In this document: piece after piece, positions 24,171-36,699 of the stretch
Position numbering within the stretch: the first letter of the stretch is position 1
Layout of the letters: the number at the start of each line of letters is the position of its first letter
DNA from: Phoronis australis
Taxonomy: Eukaryota > Animalia > Phoronida
Direction: 5' to 3'
DNA: 64,000 nucleotides
Assembly (NCBI GenBank): GCA_002633005.1
Contig: NMRA01000374.1
Coordinates: forward strand, 187,921-251,920
The notes under the pieces: generated by a model
The model's input: only the letters and a program-made list of their open reading frames with translations
Told to the model about the DNA's origin: nothing
Database searches by the model: none
Made by a program: the position numbers and the translations under genes

Positions 24171-25900
24171 CAGTGCTGTAGTGGTAAAATTAGAGATAAG
24201 TAGGCGCCCAAAGCCTAGCGTATCGGTTTGAGCACGGAATTTTAAATGTTCATTGAGCTCGAAAAACCTGACTCACAAACACGCAGGCCTATTTTTTGAC
24301 TCACGAGTGGGTATTTACAGTGGCGGACCTAGGATGTCGCAGAAAGGGGGCCCAAACATACATATTTGAAGGCAAAGGTCCACGTGCATTCCAATCGGTC
24401 TCTGAAGGTGGAGACCAAACAGGAAAAATGGACGCGTAACGCCCAGATAGGATTTGCTGGCGGCGTTTTAGTAGCCCGTTGGTTGTGTCCTCCGGGCCCT
24501 TCGGTCCTTCTTTATCTGCCTATGGTATGACTGCATAATTATTACTTCATCTTAAAATATTAATTTAAAATTCCATTACCGTCTGCGAACATATGTAACT
24601 GTGAACATTCAAAGTCTAATTACACAAACACGCTGTTACACAAGCAATGATGTTATATTAATCAGCTGAGCACCATGTAAAATGCGCACTTATGCATGAG
24701 CTCATACATAATGCACAAACTTGAAGTAGGGTAATAACCTGTCCAGGACGTATGGTCACGTTTGTTCCTTTAGGGTTCCCTTAAGTTCCAGTGACCCAAA
24801 CCTCTTCTCTTGAGCGCATGTTATTGCAGTGGAAAATGCTTGCCCGGTATTATCAACCATAGGCTAAGGAAGACGAACAATCCGACGAATAGGCTTGTAT
24901 GGTTGTGGTATAGTTGTAGTTCTGCATGTCAGATCCACAAAAAAAGCTTGGCAGCTCTTCTAGCACACCGTGCATCTGCGCAAGATTCTGAATAAAGGTG
25001 GGACTTTTCAAGTATCGCAGTAATCCCCAAAACATGCTTCGATCTCTCGAATCACGGTTTCTGTCTTCACTAGCTAACTCGAAATGTTGATGTAGTGCGT
25101 TTAATGATCTCCACACTGTCTTTACCGTTCTGAAACTGCTCGCCACCAACGAACGTCAAGCACGCGACCTATTCGAACAAACTGGTACTCTAAATCATCA
25201 GCAGCTTTGGGTGTTCGGCTGTACAGTGAAAAGACTATAGCCATAACTACTCTGAAATTACCACACCCAGTCACTTCTGCCACAGCATCCCCAACTGCCA
25301 ACTCTAGCCTTTGGTTTAAGCAGTGTCATGTCAAATGTCTAGGGAAGCATTTCCGTAATCGTGTTGAAATTTCAGAACGTGTTCCTGTCCTGGCGCCGTC
25401 ACTTGCTAATGCCACGAGGTACTCTCTGTTAAGGAGGGACGCACAGATGGATCCGTCGGTTTGTTGTTTAAACTGGACATGATCAAGCATATAAAATTGG
25501 GACGCTGTCATCAAAACATGCCCTTATGTAAATGATCGGTGCGCTTAATTTGCTTACCACTGTGGATATCTTGGTATTTTCTGCCATAACTGTACTCACG
25601 ATTTTTCCTCGCATTTGCTTGGCTATGTGCTTGATTATGGACGTTGCACTTAAACTTCAAACCATCAGTTTTTAAAGGTTTATGAGAGGTTCGTGATAAG
25701 CGAATTGGCTATTCATTTGATCAAGTAAATATGCCGTTCTGGAGACCTTTTTCGTTGGAGGTTTTGCAGCATTTTAAAAATTACAGAGTTTAAAAGGCAT
25801 ACTGTGGTAGATGCTCAGGAGGTGTTGCCGTGTTTGTGAAAGCAGCATTATCTAAGTAAGTCCTCAAAACATTTTCTGATTATCCTGACATGACAGGAAT
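24171..25900 (-). mobile_element. hAT transposon relic with KIAA1586-like transposase fragments
   Basis: ALASDGA..LRKCFP..HCLNQRLELAVGDAV; VASSFRTVKTVWRSLNALHQHF..GLLRYLKS..NLA.M..LEEL; terminus CAGTGCTGTAG at 24171 shared with the MITE at 35989-36144. Confidence 0.82.
24318..24524. mobile_element. hAT-type MITE (CAGTGGCGGA end), degenerate
   Basis: Begins cagtggcggacctagg...ggggg and ends tttatctgcctatg (degenerate inverse). Confidence 0.5.
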
Positions 25901-26149
25901 TGTTTGTGATGGTCGAGCTTTCAAAATAGACAAAGACCGGGCGTACTTTATATTTTGACTTATGTTGCTCCAGAATCATTTACTGTTTCTAGCAATGCGC
26001 ATGGGGGCGGTAGTTTGAAGGTAGAAGAAGATTGAAAATATCCCTCAATAGCGGAGTTGCAACGCCGCCATATTGGAAATGGGTCAGAATGTTGCATTGT
26101 GGTTAAGCCGGTAAACAAGTACGTCGGCAAGCGTGGGGGCGAACCGGCC

Positions 26150-26400
26150 ACAGGGAGGTTATACGTGTTGTGTGCCTGGCATGCTATAATACCAGTTAGC
26201 GAAATAAAAAATTTAGTTACTACCTGTTTCCCAAGGATCAAGAACTGCGTTAAACATGGGTCAGAGACATCGGTAGAGCTGGTAGCAAAGGCCGACTTCG
26301 TGAATTCTTTCCGACTTCGTAGCATAAAGTGTGCAGCGCTCATTTTGAGGGCGGCAAGAAAACGTATCTTAGAAACTGCCCAACAATATCTCCCTTCAAA
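26150..26400 (+). pseudogene. THAP domain (transposase N-terminus), disrupted
   Basis: GGYTCCVPG/CYNTS*RNKKFSYYLFPKDQELR*TWVRDIGR..HKVCSAHFEGGKKTYLRNCPTI shows the canonical THAP C..C..FP..W..CSxHF..PTI pattern. Confidence 0.88.
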
Positions 26401-27449
26401 GAAACAGTAACAAATACTCCACGGCGGTTGGTAGTGAAAAAAAAAATTTTTTTCGCTTGACCAGAACCAAGCCAACATGAGCAATTTTGAGGATAATGCC
26501 TCTGCACAATCACCTGTTCTGGGTCGACTCACTTAACGTATGCACACTATATGCATTACGCGCTAAGATAAAGCGTGCAGATTATTATTATTTACTTTCT
26601 ACAAAATTGTGGTACATTGCTATCAAAATTCGTTGTTAAATTACGATCATTTTTCATAAAATTTTGTTGAAGTTCCAGGGCGAAATCTTGCCGACAAATG
26701 CGTAGCTGCTGGTCTCGCAATCGTCGATAGGGCTTGAATTCTTAAATAAGAATACAGCTTTGACTCAACAAATTACCTGAAATCCTCCTCAAGTTTTCCA
26801 AATAGCGTCTCTAAGATTTTTAAGTTCTTGTGAAGTCTGGATTAACTGCAGATTAAGTCCAAATCTACGCTAGATTGTAGCACGCAACCCGAGAAAAATC
26901 TCTGTGGGAACACATGTTGTTGTCACGTGACGTTTGTTTTGAAGTTTGTATGCATGTGTGTGAGAGTAAGCGTGCGTGTGCTTGTCAGAGTTCATTTGCC
27001 AGAGTAATGTAATGATCTAGGTGTGCATTGTATCAAAAAAAATAAGTCAAGCAGTCAAGCAGAGCGTGTTTTAATATTTACGGCTTAGCACTTGCTGGCC
27101 TCATCTGCTAAAAACGTTCGAGAATTTTTTCGGTAAGACCGACATGTCACTCATTGAGTCGCCGGGTGAGTGGATGCGTGACCGTAGTGTAACAGCTATT
27201 TCCCGGAAGATTTGGGGTGTAAGGGTGCGAAGTGGGTCATTTTGACCTTAAAAACACCAATTATGATTAGTTAAATAATTTCTCTTAAAAATAATGCAGA
27301 AGCTTTTTACGGTATTGGAAACTTTCGGAAATTAGTGCCAATATTTATTTGCCGATGCTATGTTACCCGATTAATCTTCGATGACAGTCGGTACATTATG
27401 CAGCGCGCGCTTCTTGGTCGCGTGCTAACACTGGTCGAGTTTTTTTTTT

Positions 27450-27700
27450 TAGTCTTCGATTCACGGTTTTCACATGCACAAAGAAGTTTGAGGCCGGAGA
27501 AGATCTGTACTGGAAAGAAACAATGCAATCCCGCTCTTTGACAAGTACGCTGTGTCTGTTTTCAAAGTCCAGACCCGCGTAGTGGGGCACATCCCTCGCA
27601 AGAGCAGCAAAACTTCTGCGTTCTTTTTGAATCGCGGCGTAAGTTTGAAGTGTATACGGACATAACGGTGAGGCTCGTGGTCCGTTACAAATTCAGGCTG
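27450..27700 (+). pseudogene. HIRAN-like domain ORF relic inside a small nested element
   Basis: SSIHGFHMHKEV..GEDL..FDKYAVSV..RVVGHIPRKSSKTSAFFLNRG..C..GLVVRYKF resembles the HIRAN N..D..AV.V....VG..P pattern. Confidence 0.65.
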
Positions 27701-28224
27701 TCGGATCTTTCAATTGATAAATTGGAGACGTTAGAACTGTAGGTAAGGGCATTTTTCGCATGTAGTTCATGGGCTGGGCGCTTACTTTAGCAAAGTCTGA
27801 AAACGCGTTGGGGCACTTGTTGAGCCATGGGCGCTAATTAGGGCGAATAGCGGCAGAATTACATACAGCAGCGTAGTTTAATGCACACAAATTACACGTC
27901 GTGCAAACCAGCCGGTCATCCCGTTTACCATCAACAATCCCAGTAGCCTTTGCGCACCCTAATTTCCGGACATGCGCAATCGTTAAATCGATTCGGTTGC
28001 AACTCCGCTATTACAAGCTACTTTAATGTGTAAATTGCATATAATACTGACTGGATACTTTAACGCTAGGACTGCAGGCCTAATCCACAGATTGTATATT
28101 AGATGATTTTTTGATATTCCTAGGGATTCACTTGATGGTAATGTTAACAACTTTGGGAGATGATTTTTGTAGTTATTTAAAACGTTTGGTATTCACATAG
28201 TGAATTGATGATATGAGAATGAAA

Positions 28225-29235
28225 GACAACAAAACTAGCGATCATTATGTTTTAAAACTTATTGACGGATTATTGTAATCATAACTCGTATTCATATATT
28301 AAGTCTAAACGCCCATTCTAACTTATAGTGTTGCGCCACAGTGAAAATAAAGTTATATTGAAATTGGAATATTGATAGCTGACGTGAGTTAATTTTTGCG
28401 TACGAAAACAAAAGAAAATATTTATTTATTAAACAAATATTGGAATAATCGGAGTTGTTTGTAATAAATTAACCCACCACAGATATAGTGTTGGTACAAA
28501 ACCTTCAGACAACTTCAGAGGATAGTTCATCTACAAAATAAATAAGATAAATAAAAAACAAAAACACAAAAAAAAAGTTTTGAATATTCTGTATAGACGG
28601 TTAGTCAAAAACAACGAAAGGCTGGATATTACATATGCGAAATGAAATTTAAAAGTCTAGCTAAGAAAAGGGTTACCAAATGATAACTCACCGCTAACTC
28701 GCACGAGGATGGAGCATGGACTTTATGGCGAATTTGTTTGATAAAAAACACTAAAACTAACGATCGCTGTGTTTCAGAATTTGTCGACGGATTAATGTAA
28801 TCGCAACTCGTATACATATATTTACATTCAAAGTCTAAACGCGCATTGTAACTTATCGTACGGAGATTTTTAGATGGAAATTGATAAATTGGTAGTTGAT
28901 GTCTGTTAAAATTTTTGCTTACTGAAAAAGAGAATAAAAATTTTGAAATTATCGGAATTGTTTACGATAAACTCACCACATAGATAGTGTGGGTGACAAA
29001 CCTTTATACAACTTCAGAGGATGGTTAACATACAAAAAGACAAAAATAATAAAAAAACAAAAATGTATTGAATATTGAATATTGAATATAGACGATCTAC
29101 AAAATGAAATAAAAATATAGAGTATAGACGGTTGGTCAAAACAACGAAAGGTTGGATACTACGTACGCGGAACGAAACTTAAGTCTGGCTAAGAAAAGAG
29201 TAATAAGCAAATGATAACTCACCGCTAACTCACAA
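28225..29235. repeat. Diverged tandem duplication, period ~520-530 bp
   Basis: Paired blocks: gacggatta.tgtaatc..aactcgtat (~28265/~28785), gtatagacggtt.gtcaaaa (~28591/~29122), aaatgataactcaccgctaactc (~28678/~29210). Confidence 0.85.
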
Positions 29236-29759
29236 ACTCTGATCTCGGAATAGTTTCTGTAATCGGCCATCTCTATTCCGTTTACTATATCGCCGGCGTT
29301 CGAGGTCTTTATGTACACGTTACGTAGCACCTAATAATATATAGACAATAATTTATTTGCGACGCGTGTATGCCCAGTGTTTGGAGTAGGGTTTGTGTCA
29401 GCCTAGGTTTTCCGTGATGATTATGAAAGATTTGTCAAAGCTCAGACGGTGCTTTGTGTATATTTGTGTACGAAAACTTGACGTCACACTTCGCATTCAT
29501 CCACTTTTATTCACTTTTGTATGCCGTTAGTAATTCTCGGTTAAACACGAAAAGTTTCTTTTCTCTCTTAGTTGACCACACTATTTCCAATACCATGTAT
29601 ACCTACCTGCAAGCAAGGTGCAAGTTCACCTACTTTTATCCCAAAAGACGAGTGTTCGACGGACCTTTGAACATTTAATTCGAATATTTAATAATTTGCT
29701 ATAGACTACTTTAACGGATTCTGAAGGTCTTGATGATTTTTGTAGTGTATTGGAATGAT

Positions 29760-30000
29760 GATTTTTGCAGTGTTGGTTTGTCATTAATACACGTTTAAAC
29801 GCTATCGGTTTTATGTTTTGTTTTAGCTGGTCGCCTCTTGCTATTAGTATTATTATTGTGATTCGCTTAGTACCGTCGGGTCCTGGGTTAGACTTAACGT
29901 GACATCTGTTGTTGAGTTGGGTGGTTATCGCCTTTTGTATACGCCTTTGCTTTTGATCAATGAGAGAGAACAAACAATATACAACGGCGACACTCACTTA
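29760..30000 (-). mobile_element. Possible LINE ORF2 N-terminal remnant with a degenerate 2A-like motif
   Basis: ..RCHVKSNPGP..ITIIILIARG..; xVxxNPGP followed by an endonuclease-like start, as seen in CR1/L2-group LINEs. Confidence 0.35.
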
Positions 30001-30141
30001 ATTGGCGCAAGCGAAATAAGGTAATCCACGTTTTGTTCTTATTCAGCAGTGTCATCCCTCTTTTGTTTTGGTGTCGATCTGTTGCGAGGAGCCGCAAAAA
30101 CGAGCATCGAGGCGCCTCTCTAACGGGGCTCATTACACTTA

Positions 30142-30260
30142 TTACGTCATGAGGTGTGACGTCATTGGCTCATCCGTCTGGTAGGCGGATGGTGTCCCTT
30201 CCTATTGCAGTTATCTCACGTGACCTGACCTTTTCCTTTCACATGGATGACCTTTGACCC
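30142..30260. promoter_or_regulatory. Dense cluster of TF-like sites
   Basis: TTACGTCA (30142), TGACGTCA overlapping ATTGG (30157), TCACGTGA (30216), DR1 TGACCTTTGACCC (30248). Function is inferred only. Confidence 0.35.
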
Positions 30261-33049
30261 GAGGAGCCGAAAACAGGCGTCCAAAACCTCTTACTATACT
30301 ACTAGCCTAGTACTAGTCCACGAGAGCACCAGCCACCCAGCGGCAAGGTGGGGGTCAGCCGATTTTCAACAAATTTGGCACATAGGTAGTCCTATGGGAT
30401 CTATAAACATTGGTAAAATGTTTCCTCAAAATATTACGATTTACCAAAGTTATAGGCTCAAACACATTTTATGGCTTCGCAGCCATGTTTTTACGGTATA
30501 CTGGAAACTGTCCAGCTTTAACTGTTTATATTATTACTTGAATGATAGCTACGGAATTATTATTCACTTGGCCTTGTTTAGTGGTGCCTATAGATTGTTA
30601 CACAGATGTCTTGAAAAAATTCCGCTTTACCATCCTCATTTAGTAGTTTTACTTCACTGCCCCCGTTATGCTATTTTGAGGTTATGTTGAGTACACTGCT
30701 GTACCAAATCTGCCCCACTGCTATGAGAATGAAACTTGTCCAAAATGTTGACAAAACAAGTTACTTTCATTGCATAAAATAAAAACTTTGTCAGCCAATT
30801 TATTAATTATACATTTTGGCACCTCAAATGTACCAAAATGAGAATTTTTCAAATATCTGAGATCGATGCGTGAGCACGTAAATTCAGATTGTCCTACATG
30901 TTTTTCGAAATTTTGCAACGAGTTTGTTCCTCCTTAATGTTTTGAATGTTTTACTGCTTACCACTTACGACTATAGTACTCCTAGACACCATGGCTCCGT
31001 TTTGTAAAAAGCCGATTATGTCCTCCACAGTGAATAGGGTTAGACATGAACTCGACAAATGTAGGTTATTTTGATTTACAGTCGTTATGCCTTGCAATTT
31101 CCTCATGGGTATTTCTTCACACACATATTCAAGTCAGATTTCTTGTTGGTCAAATGTTTCTGCAGAGCATTGTACTCAAAAGAATGATAAGTTTGGTGGC
31201 ATGACCCCAATTTTCCCACGACTTAAAACAAAAACCGCAGACATTTTCATGACGAAATACCGGGTTTGCAGTTCTCTAAAAACATTCGAATGACAAGACA
31301 AACTCCATCACTATCCGTGGCAACTCGTCGCTTGTATATCGCCCATCGGTCCTATCATTGTTTTCCTTTGTTGTGTCATTCTTGGATATAACAACACAGG
31401 TCGCATGGATATAGAACCTTGTGTACATCAGACCGATGCCGATAAATGCTCGTCATTATCTTTATTATAACAACGGGAACAATGAAGATGCTAATCTATT
31501 GTTCTCTATGCGACCAGGTTCCCCGTCGATTCCCAAAGTATCCACAAACAATGACCACGCACCTCAGTAAATTTACTGGGCACATGAATCCTTTCCGTGG
31601 AACCTTAACACCAAATTTTTATATCTATGTATTGTGTTGAGTTGTATTGCTATTGGTGCGGGTTCAGACTCCGTTGCATTAAGATTTCAATCCCCAACCC
31701 TGTATTATGTAGTTTGAGTGAAATTTCTAGACAATGCAGGTTTGTAGATTTATTCTCCTATAAATGAAGAGCAAAAATCAAATTCTACACTGGTTTTTTA
31801 AAAGAATAAAACAATGTTTGATAATCTTATTCCTTATCTTATATTTAAAAGATGACTACCTCACAGACAACACATCTAAGTTGAAGATATTTCTTGTGAA
31901 AAAATATAAAACACCAACCAGAGACTTGTATACAACAAAATATGTTTTCATAATACAATATAAAGATAACTGTACAGTCAAAAGTGCAAATGTTATGACT
32001 CTAATACAAAATTGTCAACACTGAGTCAACCACACAAAACCCATCAAGTCAGGGAGTTGCATTTAAGGTGATGTAGTCTCACTGCGAAAAAGTGATTTCG
32101 GAATGTCGCTGACAACACTGGAAGTTTTTCTTCACAAACGTGAGATAGCTGTGTGTACCACATCAACGTTCTTATCAACCAATTACCACTACAAAATGAA
32201 ACATTGGCTTGTCTGTTCCAATTAGACAGCATTTTACAATGAAATGGTCATGAAAAAATACTTTTGCAACATGGTTTGCATTACAATTGCCGTAGGATTA
32301 CAGTTGTACATACATACTAGACCAGAAATAAAGTTACCCATGGGAACCATAAAATGGTCAATTTGCCAAAAACCATGGAGCCTCCAGAGCTAATGTGCCA
32401 ATACTTTTTAGCGCTGCAACAAAAAATCACTTGAAGTGGACATTAACTCGCCTAAAATGACATAAAACAATTTTTGATTTGTACATTTTACCATCATGAA
32501 ATAGGTATTATTTCCAGGTCACTTTTGAGCAATTTCGGAATTTCGAAAGATCTGGCAATATGCAATTGCTAGAGACCAGTGTAATAGTAGGTGATTTTAT
32601 ACACAGAGCATGGTGTCGAGGAATAGCAAACTGTCAATTTGCTGCAATTCCAGAAATCCCCTCCCACCTGTATAAGGAACAAATTGAGCAAAGTTTATAG
32701 AGGTAAATGGTCTAAATCAAAACTTTACCTCCTGGATAGAAGGTTTACAGCCCAGGCAGAAAGATAAGTTAACAAAACCAGCCTAACAGTAAGAGGGGCT
32801 CAAATTTCAGTAATACCCATTCACAAACAAAAATCTGATGGCAAATAAAATGTGGAAACATAAATTCAGATTAATTACGTAATTTCAAGGAAAAGAAACA
32901 GTGCAGTGGTCAGAAATCATCTAAATCTGATGGCCACACAGAAATTCTGTCAGACCAAAAAATCTAGTGGCTAAACAAAAAGAACATTGTACCATTACCA
33001 TGTAGCTGTTCCAACTTAATCCAGTGGCCCAGGATCATGATCGGTGCCG

Positions 33050-33626
33050 GGAGAAAATTCAATCCAGGTAAATTTTAGATTTGTGCTGTTCACACAGCAG
33101 TTCTGCTACAAACAAAGCTTGCAACAACACTCACACAAGCCTACTTCCCTACACATCTGTGCTTACACAATAATACCACCACTGGATTTAGCAGATCAGC
33201 CAGAGTATTTACAGGTCCAGCCACTATACTGTTTTCTCCCTTTGAATGTTTACAATACTACATCCTTGACAATCTCAGAGGGCATATTGTCTCTTTCCAA
33301 TGTATACTCCACTTCCTCCGTCCCAGTTTCCCCCACTTTAGCTGAGAGTGGCCTATCTCAACAAATTACTTTGGACCTGTTGTGGTATAAGCCAGTAATC
33401 TTTGGCAAATACTTTTCCCCCCGACTCGTTCCTGAAATTACAAATTCTTTTTGACATATCTTCTGGGAGTAGACTTTTCAACCTCTCTCTAGCTTCCTCA
33501 CTTAGTTGTCCAGAAGGGCACCTTCTTGCCGGTTTTGAACTTTTCCATACCCAACCTTTACTTATAATCGGCAGGTCTCCAACTTCAGCAGAAGCCACTT
33601 CTTCAGCATAAACCTTTCCAGATTCC
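33050..33626 (-). pseudogene. Exon encoding a second copy of the Sola3-like C-terminal domain plus a Cys-rich tail
   Basis: ISKGWVWKSSK..RNESGGKVFAKDYWLIPQQVQS parallels the GW.LK...F...WL..QI motif; Cys-rich sequence downstream; ttttag acceptor at ~33627. Confidence 0.5.
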
Positions 33627-34259
33627 TAAAATTGTATTAATGAAAAAATTAAACATATCAAATTTAATGTGGCCATTTCTGCTCAGAAAATATCAATACC
33701 AAGCTAAAGTGAAGGCATCACAAATAAGTCATTCAGATTTGATTAAAAAAATTTACGAAATGAATTTTCATGTACCTGACTGTAGGACAAAAGTATAAAA
33801 CAGAAGTAAGGCACATTACATGTAGAAAATATTGAGACCGATTAAAATTATTCGCACTACCTATGTGTCAGTGTTTATTGTGAAATGAATGAGTTGTGCA
33901 TTATATTTCTCTTCAGAACATTGAAACATAAAACAATTGACCAACTTAGTTTTTTGAGAAATACACAATATTTTTAACGGCTTTAGCATGTTTAGTTAAC
34001 TTCATATTCAATCGCAGAAATTCATTGGCAGACAGAACATACTCCCTAGTCTCTAAAAGTAGGTAATAGGCAGAAGTCATGTAACACATTTGGTGATTAT
34101 TATGAAAAGTTAAGATGACAACCTATTTTCAATGCCAATGTATACACGCACTACATATACATCAACAAATTTGAGTAAGATATGATAAAGCAATAAGGCC
34201 CAAGATATAAGCAATCACGGTGTGTCAATAAAAGTGTTTTTGCACGAATGACGTGCTCC

Positions 34260-34521
34260 TAAAAATATTCCTCTGGGTCAGACCCTGGATTTTGGTGATT
34301 CCTACTTGAGCTCACACGAAGCACGACGTTGAGCCTTGACTTAACGTCTTTGGTCATTTTTCAGACTTCTATCAGATTCCTCCTCTAGTGTGCAGTGGAT
34401 GTACTCAGTCTTTGGCGACGCCAATATATGTCGAGGGTTGTAACCACGATTCGGGCAAGTGAATCTAACGGTAGATTGCGTAGGGTCCTGCTGCATACCT
34501 GCCTCCGAGCGAGGCAGACAC
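34260..34521 (-). pseudogene. Exon with a degenerate C2H2-like motif (RFTCPNRG..)
   Basis: tttcag acceptor; RFTCPNRG parallels IFLCPKDGC (~37650) and KFTCTHYGC (~51130). Confidence 0.4.
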
Positions 34522-35988
34522 TGAAATAATTTTCTAACACTGAGACAGATACTCTGGTTGGCTATGAGACAGACTACTTCTCAGGAGGACACGTTCCACC
34601 TCCATATCAGCTCCCCTCACTTTTAAGGTTCTCAAATGTCTCGCTCTATTCCTTGTACGTTTCCCAAGAGTTTCCAAAGTTGTTTCTCTCCGCAATTTGT
34701 TAAAATACCACATTCTATGCCACTGGCAGTGCCAGATAAATATCCATTATTCAACTAACTCATTGTATGTTTTAGTTTGATATTCAATGAATTGGATGAA
34801 CAAATCTAGTATAATTTCATATTATAATGGGAACTGCTAGTGTCCATAAAATTAATTAAAAACATTTAAGCAAACCAATTCTTTTAATTGTTGTATTATA
34901 CCACGGCATTTTGAATGCGTCGAAACGGCGCACTACTAGTGTCTGGTTTAAGAGTCACTGCATAAGAAAGTCAGGCAGACACGGGAACATGACATGTCAC
35001 TGGTTTTTTAAATAAAGTTTAGTTTTACTCTTAGGTGGAATAGTCAACTCCTAAAATAATTTTATTTAAAATATCTAACTTCTTCACAGGTAACTGCCCT
35101 CTCGAAATTTTTTGCTAGTTTATGTCTTCGGAAACCATCAAAATTTTAGAATTTTTGTTGCTTCACTGTGCAACAACGACAAATTAACAGAAACTAAGAA
35201 TGACATACTGAATTAACACAACTTCTGTCTACATGAAAATGTAAAACTCAAAGTTGAAACGTATTCGCAAATTATATATTTTGTTCCTTATTCAACTCAC
35301 CTGAGTCATGCTGTGTAACAGGTGGAAATGCCCTTTATTCAGAAAGCTGAGCCTTTGTAGAGTACATATCTATTAAAACATTCGCGGGCAGCGAACTTGT
35401 GTGTCCTGCATGCTATGATTGAAACCACCCACTTTGCTGATATCGGTCGTCCTGTTCGCCATCACTGCCACACTCCCATTAACAAACCAACAAAGTTCTA
35501 AAGATTTATGAGTAACAAAAAACGATGTCAATAAGATTGTTTTAACAATGTTAAAACATTTTCCGAAGCTAGAAATCTGAATTAAATTAAAATTGTTTTG
35601 ACTGGTGCTCAGAAATTGACAATTAAAGCTGAAATTACGGACTCAAAACGATGGCAATTGTCGGTTTTGTAATGTCTGCTTGACGTCTATTAACGTAAAG
35701 TGGTTCAGAAAAAATAAGAACGTATATTAACACGAGGCAAGCCAAAAATCATACTTGATTGAATGGTTATTGCTAACCATACCTTTTAAGTACCGAAGGT
35801 ATCGGTGAACTTAAGTGTTTTATTAACTAATACTCATGGAAACTCTGACTTGCAACACACAGAAAAACATCAGTGCAGTATTTATTACACAGGAAATTTA
35901 TACAACGAAGCCTTTGGTCATAGTTGATATCGACCTATGGGTAGACACTTTAGTGTCCCACCTGTAAATTGATTATATTGCCATTAAG

Positions 35989-36144
35989 CAGTGCTGTAGC
36001 AGCGCGCAGGCACAGGTAGGCGAAACCAACCACCTTTTGGCATTTGAAGGTAGTGCCTACGCACCATAAGTTACGTTCAGTGCTCAAGGTGATATGGTGG
36101 ACTTTGGGCGCCTACTTACCTTTAATTTTACCCCTACAGCACTG
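35989..36144. mobile_element. 156-bp hAT MITE
   Basis: TIR CAGTGCTGTAG/CTACAGCACTG; 8-bp flanks ccattaag and ccaataaa (6/8 identical). Confidence 0.85.
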
Positions 36145-36699
36145 CCAATAAAGAGCACCATAGGAGATCGTCCAATCAACAATCAGTGTCAGTCGTGCTC
36201 ATTTCAATGGCAACATTTCTGTACAGATTACATTGGTACGCCAGGAAGTAGGAAAACGTTGCTGTCACCATAACTGAAACTTATTTGCGAAATTTGATGA
36301 AAATCAGTCAAGGAACTTGCTGGATAAAGAGACTAACATGAAGACGTAAAGTTGCCATTAGGGGCCCAGTGGTAGTCAAATACATCCCAAAGCTCTCTTG
36401 TGTCATCTCATTTGTAAAATTTTAGATTCACTAAGGATTTGGAGATGAGCAGCAGATGCCAGACAAAAAGACCGGGATGACAGCATAATGGGCCTACACA
36501 CGCATGCTTGCAAACAGTCATACAGAACAAGGCAAAGTAATCAGACAATATAAATCTATGCCCCACTTGATGGCTAGTCCTGTCAATGCAAAAATGACTG
36601 GTAATAACTATTACCACAGCTAATTACAGAATGTCTTAGCCACCATACTAACTTTCCTGTTTCCCTTCATTTTCAGTCACAAAGGAAGACCACCTTGAC

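Larger units (their letters stand above)
6600..25178 (+). repeat. Segmental duplication copy A (paralog of ~53882-62410)
   Basis: Collinear matches: 6600-6788/53882-54072, 10885-13686/54069-56465, 19335-22653/56462-61774 (interrupted in B), 25078-25178/61776-62411. Confidence 0.95.
26050..28009 (+). mobile_element. ISL2EU-like (Harbinger-related) element with 14-bp TIRs, AT flanks and a THAP relic
   Basis: aAT|AGCGGAGTTGCAAC ... GTTGCAACTCCGCT|ATt; internal THAP domain at ~26150-26400. Confidence 0.8.

Noticed and set aside
25960-26532. Longest ORF in the track (190 aa, minus strand)
   Set aside because: Antisense shadow of the plus-strand THAP relic; it crosses the element boundary at 26050.
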